NCBI GenBank assembly: GCA_965223705.1
Contig: OZ245015.1
Span: forward strand, 3,008,001 to 3,072,000
Direction: 5' to 3'
Origin: Myxococcota bacterium
GTDB taxonomy: Bacteria > Myxococcota_A > UBA9160 > UBA6930
Length of the DNA stretch: 64,000 nucleotides
In this document: in pieces, positions 9,352-17,672 of the stretch
How positions within the stretch are numbered: the stretch's first letter is position 1
Layout: each line of letters begins with the position of its first letter
Translations under genes and position numbers: made by a program
Notes under the pieces: model-generated
Told to the model about the DNA's origin: nothing
Database searches by the model: none
Seen by the model: only the letters and a program-made list of their open reading frames with translations

Positions 9352-9669
9352 CTACACCTTTTCACTCAGGAATCGCGCGTCGGGCCGGTCAGCATCTCGC
9401 CACCCCCCGACGGCACTGCGCCGATCCCGCGCTTCTTTCAGCGAGGCGGCGAGGCGATCCCGAGTCTCCTCGAACGCCGCAGCGAGCTGTTCTTGACGAT
9501 GCAACGCCGCTGCGAGCCAAGAGGGCCCGGGCGTTGTATCGGAGACGAGCTCCCGTACCACGGCCTCCCGATCGCGCAGGAGCGAATCGATCTCATCCAG
9601 AGCGAGCTTCCCGAGAGCGACGCGCAGCGCTTGATCGATCGCTTCGAGTCGATCGCCCGAGGAGATCAA
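9352..9669 (-). CDS. FliT-like small helical protein
   Basis: TTG overlaps the fliS stop; 105 aa all-helical (LLRDREAVV); occupies the fliD-fliS-fliT position. Confidence 0.55.
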   Translation of the reverse strand: MISSGDRLEAIDQALRVALGKLALDEIDSLLRDREAVVRELVSDTTPGPSWLAAALHRQEQLAAAFEETRDRLAASLKEARDRRSAVGGWRDADRPDARFLSEKV

Positions 9670-10040
9670 CCGCCCGCGGCCTCGCGTCGATCGGCCAGTT
9701 CGGTCCACGCTTCGGAGAGTGTGGTGACGACGCCTAGCGCATCCCGGATCGGCCCGGCGGTACTGCGCGCGCTGCCCTCCAAGAGCTGTTGTCCGACAAA
9801 CTCGTAGAGCGCGTCGAGGTTCGCCGCGATCTCGCCGCCGCGTTCGAGATCGAGCGCGCTGCGAAGCTCGCCGATGATGCGAAGCGCGCGGTCGAGCGAT
9901 TGTGCCTTCCGCTCCGGATCGCCCAAATCCACCGCGGCGATCGCGATATCCATTTGCCGCAACGCCTCGACGTAGAGCTTCGCGACGAGGCGCTCCGGTG
10001 ACGACGTTTCGACTTCGATTTCCCGATAGCGAGACCGCAT
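9666..10040 (-). CDS. fliS: Flagellin chaperone FliS
   Basis: SSPERLVAKLY, LDLERGGEIAANLDALY, EAW. Confidence 0.95.
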   Translation of the reverse strand: MRSRYREIEVETSSPERLVAKLYVEALRQMDIAIAAVDLGDPERKAQSLDRALRIIGELRSALDLERGGEIAANLDALYEFVGQQLLEGSARSTAGPIRDALGVVTTLSEAWTELADRREAAGG

Positions 10041-10048
10041 GGAGACCT

Positions 10049-11440
10049 CTATCTAAAGGCGCCCGCCAGGAACGTGCCCTGTGCCTGAAATGTCGAGACT
10101 TGGGTTTCCAGTCGTGCAAACTGCCGTCTCAAGAATTCTTCGCGCTGCTCGAGCCGCTCCTCAAAGCGCGCGATACTCACGTCGAGAGAATCGATCCGCT
10201 CGTCGATCCCCTCTTCTCGCGTGGCGAGGAGCCCGTCGCCCACCTGCGTGATCGGTTCCAGGGCCCTGGCGAGCGTCGTCGCCACGCCATCCTCGGTTCC
10301 GTCGCCCGCGAGTAGCTCCCGAACCGAAAGGGGATCCTCGGCGAGTGCTTCCTCGAGTTCGGTCGTGTCGAGAGAGAGGCGGCCGGTGCGATCGAATCCG
10401 ACGCCGACTTGAGTCAAGCTCGCGAACGGATTGTCGGTGAAGGTGTACACGCCGCCGACGATCTGTTGGAGGTCAAACTGAATACTGCGAAGGGTCGCGT
10501 CGCCCGACAGGGGCCCGGCGCGACCCGATTCTTCATTGAACGTGGACTGTGAAGCGAGAAACTCTTGAATCGCGTTGTATCCGTCGACCAGCGCCTGCAC
10601 CTTTTCCGCGATGGATTCATCGTCGCGTGCCACGTCGATGTCGACGGTGCCTCCCGCTCCGCCGCCATCGCTGACGAGTGTGAGCGTCACGCCGGGAATC
10701 ACGTCTGCCACGTCGTTGGATTCCCGCGTGATGTCCACCCCGAAGACGGTGAGGGATGCGTCCGTCGCGTCTTGAGACACGGCGGAGTCGAAGAACGGAT
10801 CGGGCGGGACTTCGCCCTGCAAAGTCGTTGTCACGGAAAGGTCGTTGGCGGCGCCGGGCTCTGTTCCCGAGATGATAAGGCGGTAGCCCGTTCCGTCGAA
10901 CAGTGTCTCCGCCCGGACCTCACCGCTGTTGTCGACGTCACTGTTGATCAGATCGCGTAGCTCGGTGAGGGACGCTCCGGCGAGTCCGATGGTGATATCG
11001 ATGGGATCTTCGCCGCCGAAATCGATCGAGAGGGTCTGGCCGACGGATGCGATCGGGTCCGTCAGGTTCGCGAACGGTGTGCTGATCTCGCGGGCCACGT
11101 CGGCCAGGCGATTGATCGTGATATTCGTGCTACCCACCGTTGCGTCCGAGGTAGCCACCGCGGTGACCAACGATTCATCCGAAGACGTGGCGGTGTAGGC
11201 GAGGAACTCCTCGTCGAGAGACGGCGCGGTCAGCGTGCTGATCTGATTGTCGATCGCTTTCGCGGCGTCGCGTAGCGCCAAGAGGTCGGAGTTGAATTGC
11301 TGCAGCAGAGCGCGCTCTTGTTCAAGCCCGGCTCGCCGCGCTTCGAGCTGCCGCAAGGGCTGGCGCTCGACGTCGATGATGGCCCCCAGGATCGCGGTCG
11401 TATCGAGGCCAGAGGCCAGACCGTCGAACCGTACTCCCAT
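10049..11440 (-). CDS. fliD: Filament cap FliD
   Basis: GLASGLDT start, SN..ADVIPGVTLTL, GPLSGD, QFARLE end. Confidence 0.95.
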   Translation of the reverse strand: MGVRFDGLASGLDTTAILGAIIDVERQPLRQLEARRAGLEQERALLQQFNSDLLALRDAAKAIDNQISTLTAPSLDEEFLAYTATSSDESLVTAVATSDATVGSTNITINRLADVAREISTPFANLTDPIASVGQTLSIDFGGEDPIDITIGLAGASLTELRDLINSDVDNSGEVRAETLFDGTGYRLIISGTEPGAANDLSVTTTLQGEVPPDPFFDSAVSQDATDASLTVFGVDITRESNDVADVIPGVTLTLVSDGGGAGGTVDIDVARDDESIAEKVQALVDGYNAIQEFLASQSTFNEESGRAGPLSGDATLRSIQFDLQQIVGGVYTFTDNPFASLTQVGVGFDRTGRLSLDTTELEEALAEDPLSVRELLAGDGTEDGVATTLARALEPITQVGDGLLATREEGIDERIDSLDVSIARFEERLEQREEFLRRQFARLETQVSTFQAQGTFLAGAFR

Positions 11441-11472
11441 CGCTCCTCCCTTTCCGCGAACGGCTGGCGATA

Positions 11473-11504
11473 GGAGCTGAGGGCGCCCTCACGCCCTCAG
11501 CTCC
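11473..11504 (-). terminator. 13-bp GC-rich hairpin between fliC and fliD (no U-tract)
   Basis: GGAGCTGAGGGCG / CGCCCTCAGCTCC perfect inverted repeat with a 6-nt loop. Confidence 0.6.
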
Positions 11505-11520
11505 CCATGCGCCTCCCGAC

Positions 11521-12345
11521 CTACTGAAGCAGCGACAAGGCCAACGAGGTCGATAGATTGGCTTGCGCCAATACCGACACGCCGGCCTGTTGGAGGACCT
11601 GGTTCTTGGTCAGAATGGCCGTCTCCGCCGCAACATCGACGTCTCGAATCCGCGATTCCGCAGCGGCCGAGTTTTCGACCGACACCGCGATCGACCGAAT
11701 TGTCGACTCCAGGCGGTTCTGCGCTGTACCGAAATCGGCGCGCAACCCCGTCAGTGTGTCGATCGCCGAGTCGATGGTGTCGAGGGCGGACTGCGCGTTG
11801 GTGTCGGTTGTGATATCGGCAGCTCCAATGCTGAGCCCCGTTGCCGTCGCGTCGACACCGGAGACCGCGATCCGATCGTTCGCCGTGTTGTTGGCGCCGA
11901 CCTGGAACGTCACCGTGGTCGAGGAACCGTCGAGGAGCAACGTCCCGTTGAACTCCGTCACGGCCGCGACCCGGTCGATCTCCGCGATCAGATCCTGAAA
12001 TTCCTGATCCAACGTGGCTCGTTCCGCCGATCCCAGCGTGCCGTTCGCCGCCTGAATCGCGAGTTCGCGCATTCGAATGAGAATGCCGCTCGACTCGTTC
12101 AGCGCGCCTTCTGCGATCTGCAGCAGCGAGATTCCGTCATTCGCGTTTCGCTGCGCTTGCTGAAGACTGCGGACGTCGGCTCGGAACCGTTCCGAGATGG
12201 CGAGGCCGGCGGCGTCGTCCGCGGCCCGCGTGATCCGAAGGCCGGAAGACAGTCGGTCGAATGAACGATTGAGCTGCTCCGTGGCATTCGATAGGTTGCG
12301 CTGCGCGTTGAGCGAAGCGACGTTGGTGTTGACTCGAAGTCCCAT
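11521..12345 (-). CDS. fliC: Flagellin, 274 aa (essentially D0-D1 only)
   Basis: MGLRVNTNVASLNAQR, RLSSGLRI..AADDAAGLAI, ESRIRDVD; AAGGAGG RBS. Confidence 0.98.
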   Translation of the reverse strand: MGLRVNTNVASLNAQRNLSNATEQLNRSFDRLSSGLRITRAADDAAGLAISERFRADVRSLQQAQRNANDGISLLQIAEGALNESSGILIRMRELAIQAANGTLGSAERATLDQEFQDLIAEIDRVAAVTEFNGTLLLDGSSTTVTFQVGANNTANDRIAVSGVDATATGLSIGAADITTDTNAQSALDTIDSAIDTLTGLRADFGTAQNRLESTIRSIAVSVENSAAAESRIRDVDVAAETAILTKNQVLQQAGVSVLAQANLSTSLALSLLQ

Positions 12346-12355
12346 GTGTTTTCGA

Positions 12356-12466
12356 TCCTCCTTGATGATGTCTCGATCGATCAATCCGTGATCGTTCGAA
12401 AGCACGCGGCTGGCGGGGGGCGCTCCATTGCGTCTTCCGCGTCGATCCACGGATCCACTCGGATCC
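12356..12466 (-). promoter_or_regulatory. Flagellin 5' leader with CsrA-type GGA sites
   Basis: Eight GGA triplets; ACGGA in the hairpin loop at 12373-12399, AUGGA in the loop at 12421-12432, AAGGA in the RBS. Confidence 0.7.
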
Positions 12467-12505
12467 CGAATCGAACTGACCGCGCGATCGGTCGACGATG
12501 AGAAC

Positions 12506-12521
12506 TGCAACCGCGATGCCA
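12506..12521 (-). promoter_or_regulatory. Sigma54 promoter for fliC
   Basis: Minus strand TGGCATCGCGGTTGCA. Confidence 0.85.
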
Positions 12522-12624
12522 TCGAAAACGGCTCGTCGCGGGTGTTGACGACAACGAGTGAACCCACCCCACGTTGGGGACGGAGTCGCGGATCAACTGC
12601 GCTTTGGGGATGCGTCCACGATCT

Positions 12625-12655
12625 TTCAATCTGCGGCGCCGCCCTTCAGGCTGAA
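12625..12655. promoter_or_regulatory. Candidate enhancer box pair between the divergent fliC and GNAT promoters
   Basis: Perfect TTCAGGCTGAA (12645-12655) and TTCAATCTGCG (12625-12635); -73/-93 to GNAT, -155/-135 to fliC. Confidence 0.6.
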
Positions 12656-12696
12656 CGCGCACACCCGGCGCGCCGCGCGAAAACGAAGACCGGCCG

Positions 12697-12712
12697 CGGC
12701 ATCGAAATTGCT
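12697..12712 (+). promoter_or_regulatory. Sigma54 promoter for the GNAT gene
   Basis: CGGCATCGAAATTGCT with exact GG-N10-GC spacing. Confidence 0.75.
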
Positions 12713-12725
12713 CCTGATGAAAGAC

Positions 12726-13751
12726 GTGGCTTACTCCGGCGTAGCATTTTCAACACAAGACGGGCCTGTCTCGATCGTCGCTCCGCAAAATTTCGAAGCG
12801 ACGCTCAACTGGCTCGACGACCGTCTGCGGCGCGGGCTGCGCGGACGACTCGAAGCGGAGTTTCCCCGCTCTCTCGCGAAAGACGCGCCCCGCGTCCACT
12901 GTGTCGTGAAGCGCGAAGGTCACCCCGTTGCGCACGCCATGGGATTCAGCTTGGACGCGCGTTCCGCCGCAGGGTGCACGATTCGTCTCGGGTTGATCAG
13001 CCTGGTCTACACCGAACCCGCCGAACGGGGAGCAGGCCTCGCCTCGCAGTGCGTGGAAGCGTGCGTGGAGCTTCTGCGGGAGCGCGGCAGATCCATCGCG
13101 ATGTTGTGGAGCGACCGCCCGTCATTCTATGAACGGCTCGGATTCGCTCCGTGCGGAATCGAGCGCACCTTCTTCGTTCCGCCCGACACGACCCGGCGCG
13201 CGCCTTTTACAGGGACGCGCTCTTCCGAGCTCACCTATGGCCCGCCCTGCCCCGACGACTGGGTTGCGCTCGCCGAGCTCTACGATGCGAAACCCACGCG
13301 GGCGGATCGCGCGCCTTGCTGGTTGCCGCGCTACACCGCGGCGCCCGATACCTGGACGGTCGTGGCACGCCGGGGCGAGCGCGCAGCCGCTTACGCCGTT
13401 CTGGGACGCGGCGATGACTTCGCGGGCGTTATCCATGAATGGGCGGGGGACGTCGGAGCCTTGCTCGGCTGTATTCAGATTCTCGCCACAGCCAATGGCG
13501 GCGCCTACTTGCTCGCGGGCCCTTGCGAGGAACCACTCACGCAGTGCCTGCTCGAGCATGGGCACGAAGCCGCGTGGGGCGCTTTCAGCTTGGCCCGCGT
13601 CCTCTCGACGAAAGGGTTGACCGACGACCTCGGTGAGGAGATCGCGCTGGGACCTCCGGCGGAAATCCTTCGGGATCTGTTCGGGGCGCCGGAACAGAAG
13701 TCCGCTCCGCCGCGGTTCCCGCTCTATTTATGGGGCTTCGACTCGATCTGA
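12726..13751 (+). CDS. GNAT-family N-acetyltransferase (Eis-like, probably tandem GNAT)
   Basis: VYTEPAERGAGLA acetyl-CoA motif and FYERLGF. Start GTG 12726 (or ATG 12717). 3' end overlaps fliW convergently by 28 nt. Confidence 0.85.
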   Translation: MAYSGVAFSTQDGPVSIVAPQNFEATLNWLDDRLRRGLRGRLEAEFPRSLAKDAPRVHCVVKREGHPVAHAMGFSLDARSAAGCTIRLGLISLVYTEPAERGAGLASQCVEACVELLRERGRSIAMLWSDRPSFYERLGFAPCGIERTFFVPPDTTRRAPFTGTRSSELTYGPPCPDDWVALAELYDAKPTRADRAPCWLPRYTAAPDTWTVVARRGERAAAYAVLGRGDDFAGVIHEWAGDVGALLGCIQILATANGGAYLLAGPCEEPLTQCLLEHGHEAAWGAFSLARVLSTKGLTDDLGEEIALGPPAEILRDLFGAPEQKSAPPRFPLYLWGFDSI

Positions 13752-14245
13752 CGCCAGGCCGGCGATTCGTCGTCGGGCCGCGATTGCTGGATCGGTTCTG
13801 CAATCGGCCACTCACCGTCGAGAATAGTCTGGATACCGCACCGCTGTGCTGTCGCAACCACGATCGGAGCGGCGAGGTTGGCTGTGATGCCTTCTTCGCG
13901 TGCCGTGACGACCACCAACACCGCCGCGTCCGCCGCGCTTTCGATTCCGAGACCGCTCAACCGATCTCGCTTCCATTGCGGTCGATACGTCGGAAAGAAC
14001 AACGTCGGGTCGGTGACGGCGAACGCGAGAGAAGTGTCGTCGAGTGACGCCAGCCACGCGAACGGTGAGCGCGTTCCGTGCTCGACCAGCACGAATCGTC
14101 GCAGTTGCGGGAAGCCGGCGATCTCCGAGATTTCGAGCACGTCCTCGGCGTTGATCGACATTTCCCCACACCGTCGGTGTTTGACGACGATCGGGTTCTG
14201 GTCCGTCACGCCGGATTTGACGACATTCGCGTTCTGGTCCGTCAC
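13724..14245 (-). CDS. fliW: Flagellar assembly factor FliW
   Basis: AGFP..RF, PFAWLASLDD..LAFAVTDP..FFPTY, TANLAAPIVV; GTG coupled to the csrA stop (alternative GTG at 14209). Confidence 0.93.
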   Translation of the reverse strand: MTDQNANVVKSGVTDQNPIVVKHRRCGEMSINAEDVLEISEIAGFPQLRRFVLVEHGTRSPFAWLASLDDTSLAFAVTDPTLFFPTYRPQWKRDRLSGLGIESAADAAVLVVVTAREEGITANLAAPIVVATAQRCGIQTILDGEWPIAEPIQQSRPDDESPAWRQIESKPHK

Positions 14246-14251
14246 GCCGGA
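14180..14251. repeat. 36-nt tandem duplication spanning the csrA stop / fliW start
   Basis: 14180-14215 versus 14216-14251, 33/36 identical. Confidence 0.95.
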
Positions 14252-14481
14252 GTTCTCCCATCCTCTGTGTCGGCCCAAGCCGCAAAGTCGTCGACATCGG
14301 CCGTGGCCGCGCGCCGGTTGGCGTCCTCGATCGCCGCGAATACCTCTTCGCGGTGAATCGGAATCCGCGTCGGTGCGTCGATACCGATCCGCACTTGGCC
14401 TCCGTTGATCGACAGGACCGTCACGCGGACGTCCGTGCCGATGCGAAGCGTCTCCCCAGTCTTGCGGGTCAAGACGAGCAT
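14242..14481 (-). CDS. csrA: Carbon storage regulator CsrA (FliW-antagonised type)
   Basis: MLVLTRK, VRIGIDAP, IHREE; Asn55 and C-terminal extension present. Confidence 0.97.
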   Translation of the reverse strand: MLVLTRKTGETLRIGTDVRVTVLSINGGQVRIGIDAPTRIPIHREEVFAAIEDANRRAATADVDDFAAWADTEDGRTPA

Positions 14482-15432
14482 TTAGCGGAGGAACTGCAAG
14501 AGGGTCGGTTGGATGACGCGAGAGGCGGCCTCGAGAGAGGCCTGAAGGGCCGCCTCGTTCGACACCAGTGCCGAGAAGACTTCGGCGGCGTCGGCATCTT
14601 CGAGATCGGAAAGCGTTTCTCGGAGAGTGAGTTCTCGGGTCGCGAGTCGTTCCTGCCACGCCGTCAACTGATTGTCGAGCGCGCCGATCGCCGCCCGTTC
14701 CCCGGACAACTGTTCGATCCCGGTGTCGATGGCATCAAGGCTCGCGCCGATCGCCGTGGTATCGTCGCTCGCGAGTGCCGCGTGGAGATCGGCGAGCGTT
14801 TCAAAGAGGTCGACCCGGCCGGCATCCGGCGAACCATTCCCGTCGGCGTCCCCCATGAAGACTCGTTGCCCATTCGCGGTGGCCTGAACCGTCGTGACTT
14901 CGTCGATCGCCACGGCGATTTCACTCGGGTCGCCGACGAACGACACCGTCGGCTGACTGGACGGGTTGGTCGAAAAACTACCGGCCGCGGAGAACGCGGG
15001 GGTACCGGAAGCGTAGCCAGCAAAGACGTACGCGCCGGACGATCGGCGATTCGCCTCCGCCAAGAGTCCGTCGTGGAGGGCTTCGATCTCAACCGCGATG
15101 AGCCGCCGAGTTCCGGCACTCTGCGTTTCGTTGCCGGCGGCGATCGCGAGCTCCCGGGCTCGAATCAAGATGTTCGACGCCGCGTCTACCGCTCCCTCCG
15201 CCGCACGAACACGACCGCGGGTCACCGTCACGATCTGCTGGAACCGCTCCGCTGCCCGCACACCGTCTCTCAAGAGAAGCGCTTCAGCCGCTCCGGCAGG
15301 ATCGTCCGACGGCCGGTTGATTTTCAGCAGCGTCGAAGCCTGTTCCTGAACCTTTGCCAAACGAGAGCGCTGGCCGTTGAGCGCCGCCAAGGCGTTATTC
15401 ATCAAAATGGTGTCGGTCACGCGAGAAACCAT
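14482..15432 (-). CDS. flgL: Hook-associated protein FlgL
   Basis: INRPSDDPA, YVFAG, LEDAD, TLLQFLR. Confidence 0.95.
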   Translation of the reverse strand: MVSRVTDTILMNNALAALNGQRSRLAKVQEQASTLLKINRPSDDPAGAAEALLLRDGVRAAERFQQIVTVTRGRVRAAEGAVDAASNILIRARELAIAAGNETQSAGTRRLIAVEIEALHDGLLAEANRRSSGAYVFAGYASGTPAFSAAGSFSTNPSSQPTVSFVGDPSEIAVAIDEVTTVQATANGQRVFMGDADGNGSPDAGRVDLFETLADLHAALASDDTTAIGASLDAIDTGIEQLSGERAAIGALDNQLTAWQERLATRELTLRETLSDLEDADAAEVFSALVSNEAALQASLEAASRVIQPTLLQFLR

Positions 15433-15439
15433 GGTCGCC

Positions 15440-16882
15440 TCACAGGAGATTCAGTAGATCGTCGATCATCGATTCGATGGTCCCGATGACCCGAGCGTTC
15501 GCCTCGAAGGAGGCCTGCAACCGGATCAGCCGTGTGACTTCCTCGTCCACGGAAACGCCGGAAACCGCCTCTCTTTGATTTTCGAGAGAAAGCACGAGAC
15601 TCGCTTGTTGTTCGCTGGCCTGAACCATGGTTCGGCTTTGTTGACCGAAGTCGGCCGTGATTCCCGCCAGGTGGTCGAGAATCGATTGCGACGGCCCCGA
15701 CGCCGGGCCCGGAGGATCCCCGACCACAAAGATCGGCTGGTCTTGCGAGCGGAGATTGGCCAGCGCGGCGGCGTTTCGGTTGTCGCCCACACCCGTCGTG
15801 AGACCGGCTGCGATTGCGTCCGTAGAGGCGGCGATCGCCGGGTCGAGAGCGAGGTCCCGCGCGGCGTCCTCGACGACAGCGAGACCTTGAAAGAAATCTC
15901 CGGAAACTCCGTTCAGCCCGACGCCCGCCTGGTGCACGGTATTGACCGTCGTCGCGAGGTTGTACGCCACCGTGTCGAGGGCGCGAATCGCCCCGCCGAC
16001 GAGCGTATCTCTGGCGCGTAGCATTCCGCCGAGCGTTCCGCCCCCGATCTCGGAAGTCACGTCGACGACGGCGCTCCCCTCATCGACGAACACGCGACCG
16101 AGGTGTGGACCGAAGGGGTTCGCCGGATCCGGCTGGGTGATCAACTCCCGAAAATCGGATCCTTCAACCAGCGCGAATCCCGAGGGCAGGATGACGTTGA
16201 GATGCCCGTTCGTACTTCGATAGGTATCGACGTCGATGTGACCCGCAAGATCGCGCAAGAGCAGCTCTTGTCGATCGCGCAGATCGTTCGCCGGGGCGCG
16301 AACCTCAGCGCCGGCGATCTCGATATTGAGCTCATAAATACGCTCGAGAATTCCGTTGATCTCGCCGAGCTCGGTTTCGACCGCTTCATTGATCGCAGTC
16401 TGCTGACTGCGCAACGCCGTGTCCGCCCCGTGAATCGCATCGATCGCCTGGGTCGCGGCGGCGCGCACCGATTCTCGCTCCACAGGGGCGCCTGGGTTGG
16501 GTGCTGCTGCGAGGTCGGCGAAGGCGTCGTAGAGCCTTCCCAGGGCTTCACCCAACTGTTGGCCGCCGCGTTCGTCAAAGACGGACTCGATCAGCGCCAG
16601 CTGCCGCGCTTGCGCATCGGTTGCGCCAGCGCGCGACGACTGCGACCGGAGCTGCTGCTCGATGAACGGATCATGAGCTCGCGTGATACCCGTGGTTTCG
16701 ACGCCGGTTCCGACGATCTGTGTCGCTTCTTTTCTCGGCGAGCGCGTGGAGAGTTCCACTCGCTGCCTCGAATAGCCCGGTGTGTTCGCGTTCGCGATAT
16801 TGTGTCCGACCGTGCGAACTCCTTGCTGGCTCGCCACAAGGCCGCTTCGCGCCGTATCGAGGGCATCGAACAAACTCGCCAT
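15440..16882 (-). CDS. flgK: Hook-associated protein FlgK
   Basis: GHNIANANTPGYSRQ, SGVSVDEE. Confidence 0.96.
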   Translation of the reverse strand: MASLFDALDTARSGLVASQQGVRTVGHNIANANTPGYSRQRVELSTRSPRKEATQIVGTGVETTGITRAHDPFIEQQLRSQSSRAGATDAQARQLALIESVFDERGGQQLGEALGRLYDAFADLAAAPNPGAPVERESVRAAATQAIDAIHGADTALRSQQTAINEAVETELGEINGILERIYELNIEIAGAEVRAPANDLRDRQELLLRDLAGHIDVDTYRSTNGHLNVILPSGFALVEGSDFRELITQPDPANPFGPHLGRVFVDEGSAVVDVTSEIGGGTLGGMLRARDTLVGGAIRALDTVAYNLATTVNTVHQAGVGLNGVSGDFFQGLAVVEDAARDLALDPAIAASTDAIAAGLTTGVGDNRNAAALANLRSQDQPIFVVGDPPGPASGPSQSILDHLAGITADFGQQSRTMVQASEQQASLVLSLENQREAVSGVSVDEEVTRLIRLQASFEANARVIGTIESMIDDLLNLL

Positions 16883-16902
16883 CTAGTTCCTCTGCTGCGG
16901 GA

Positions 16903-17403
16903 TCACGCGGTCCCTTCGAAAATTCGACCCGACGCGCTGTCGGACGCCGATCTCCCGGAAGCACTGTAGGAGCCGGAATGGACACCGCCTCCGCCCAAGG
17001 CATCGAGCGTCGATCGGACGCCGGCGAGCCCTCGCTCTGCGAGACTCGCGTTCGCCTCGCCGCTTTCTTTTACGGACAAGACGAGGGCGCGGAGCGTCTC
17101 CCGCACGGAGAGAAGCTCGCGACCGGATGCTCCCAAAGCCTGTGCGAGTTCGCCGAGATTGGGCTGCCACTCTTCCGAAAAGGACAACTCGCGCGAGATT
17201 TCACGGGTCACGCGCGCCCTCGCCTGCTCGAGCAGTGAGAGTTCGCGGATGCGCAGATCTTTTTCCCTCGTCGCTCGCTCGACCTCTGGCGCGTCAAGCG
17301 CGATGAGAGCCTGCCGCTCAGCCGCGAGCAGCTCGCGTACCTCGAGGTAGAGCTCTTCTTCACGTCGCAGGACATCGACGAGGGACTTCACCTTTGCGTT
17401 CAC
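16903..17403 (-). CDS. flgN: Export chaperone FlgN
   Basis: Helical, ERQALI motif, C-terminal YSASG; directly upstream of flgK; GTG coupled to the upstream stop. Confidence 0.8.
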   Translation of the reverse strand: MNAKVKSLVDVLRREEELYLEVRELLAAERQALIALDAPEVERATREKDLRIRELSLLEQARARVTREISRELSFSEEWQPNLGELAQALGASGRELLSVRETLRALVLSVKESGEANASLAERGLAGVRSTLDALGGGGVHSGSYSASGRSASDSASGRIFEGTA

Positions 17404-17672
17404 GACGTCCCGTCCGGCGGCAATTGACGCTGGAGGGCTTGGCGAATGCCGGCTCCTCGGGCGGCCGCCCGCGACGCGACTTCTTCGACGAACAACGAGT
17501 GGTAGAGCTTCGTCGCGCTCCCGCCACCGAGCGGCTCCGGCGAGAGGATGCCCGGCTCGAGCGCCGTCGAGAAAGCCTGTTGCCACAGCCACGCGGCGAC
17601 CGCCTCCGCGGCTTCCGCGGAACTCGCGTGGTGGGCGTTCTCCGCGCGGAGCGCGTCAACTCGGAGGTTCAC
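17400..17672 (-). CDS. flgJ: Single-domain FlgJ-like rod-binding protein (divergent)
   Basis: Follows flgI; LGGGSATKLYHSLFVEEVA...GAGIRQALQRQL resembles the rod-binding domain; no muramidase domain. Confidence 0.6.
   Translation of the reverse strand: MNLRVDALRAENAHHASSAEAAEAVAAWLWQQAFSTALEPGILSPEPLGGGSATKLYHSLFVEEVASRAAARGAGIRQALQRQLPPDGTS

Noticed and set aside
12441..12470. GGATCC repeats as a CRISPR or iteron array
   Set aside because: Only three short units without spacers; better explained as leader GGA sites. No CRISPR array or cas gene was seen in the window.
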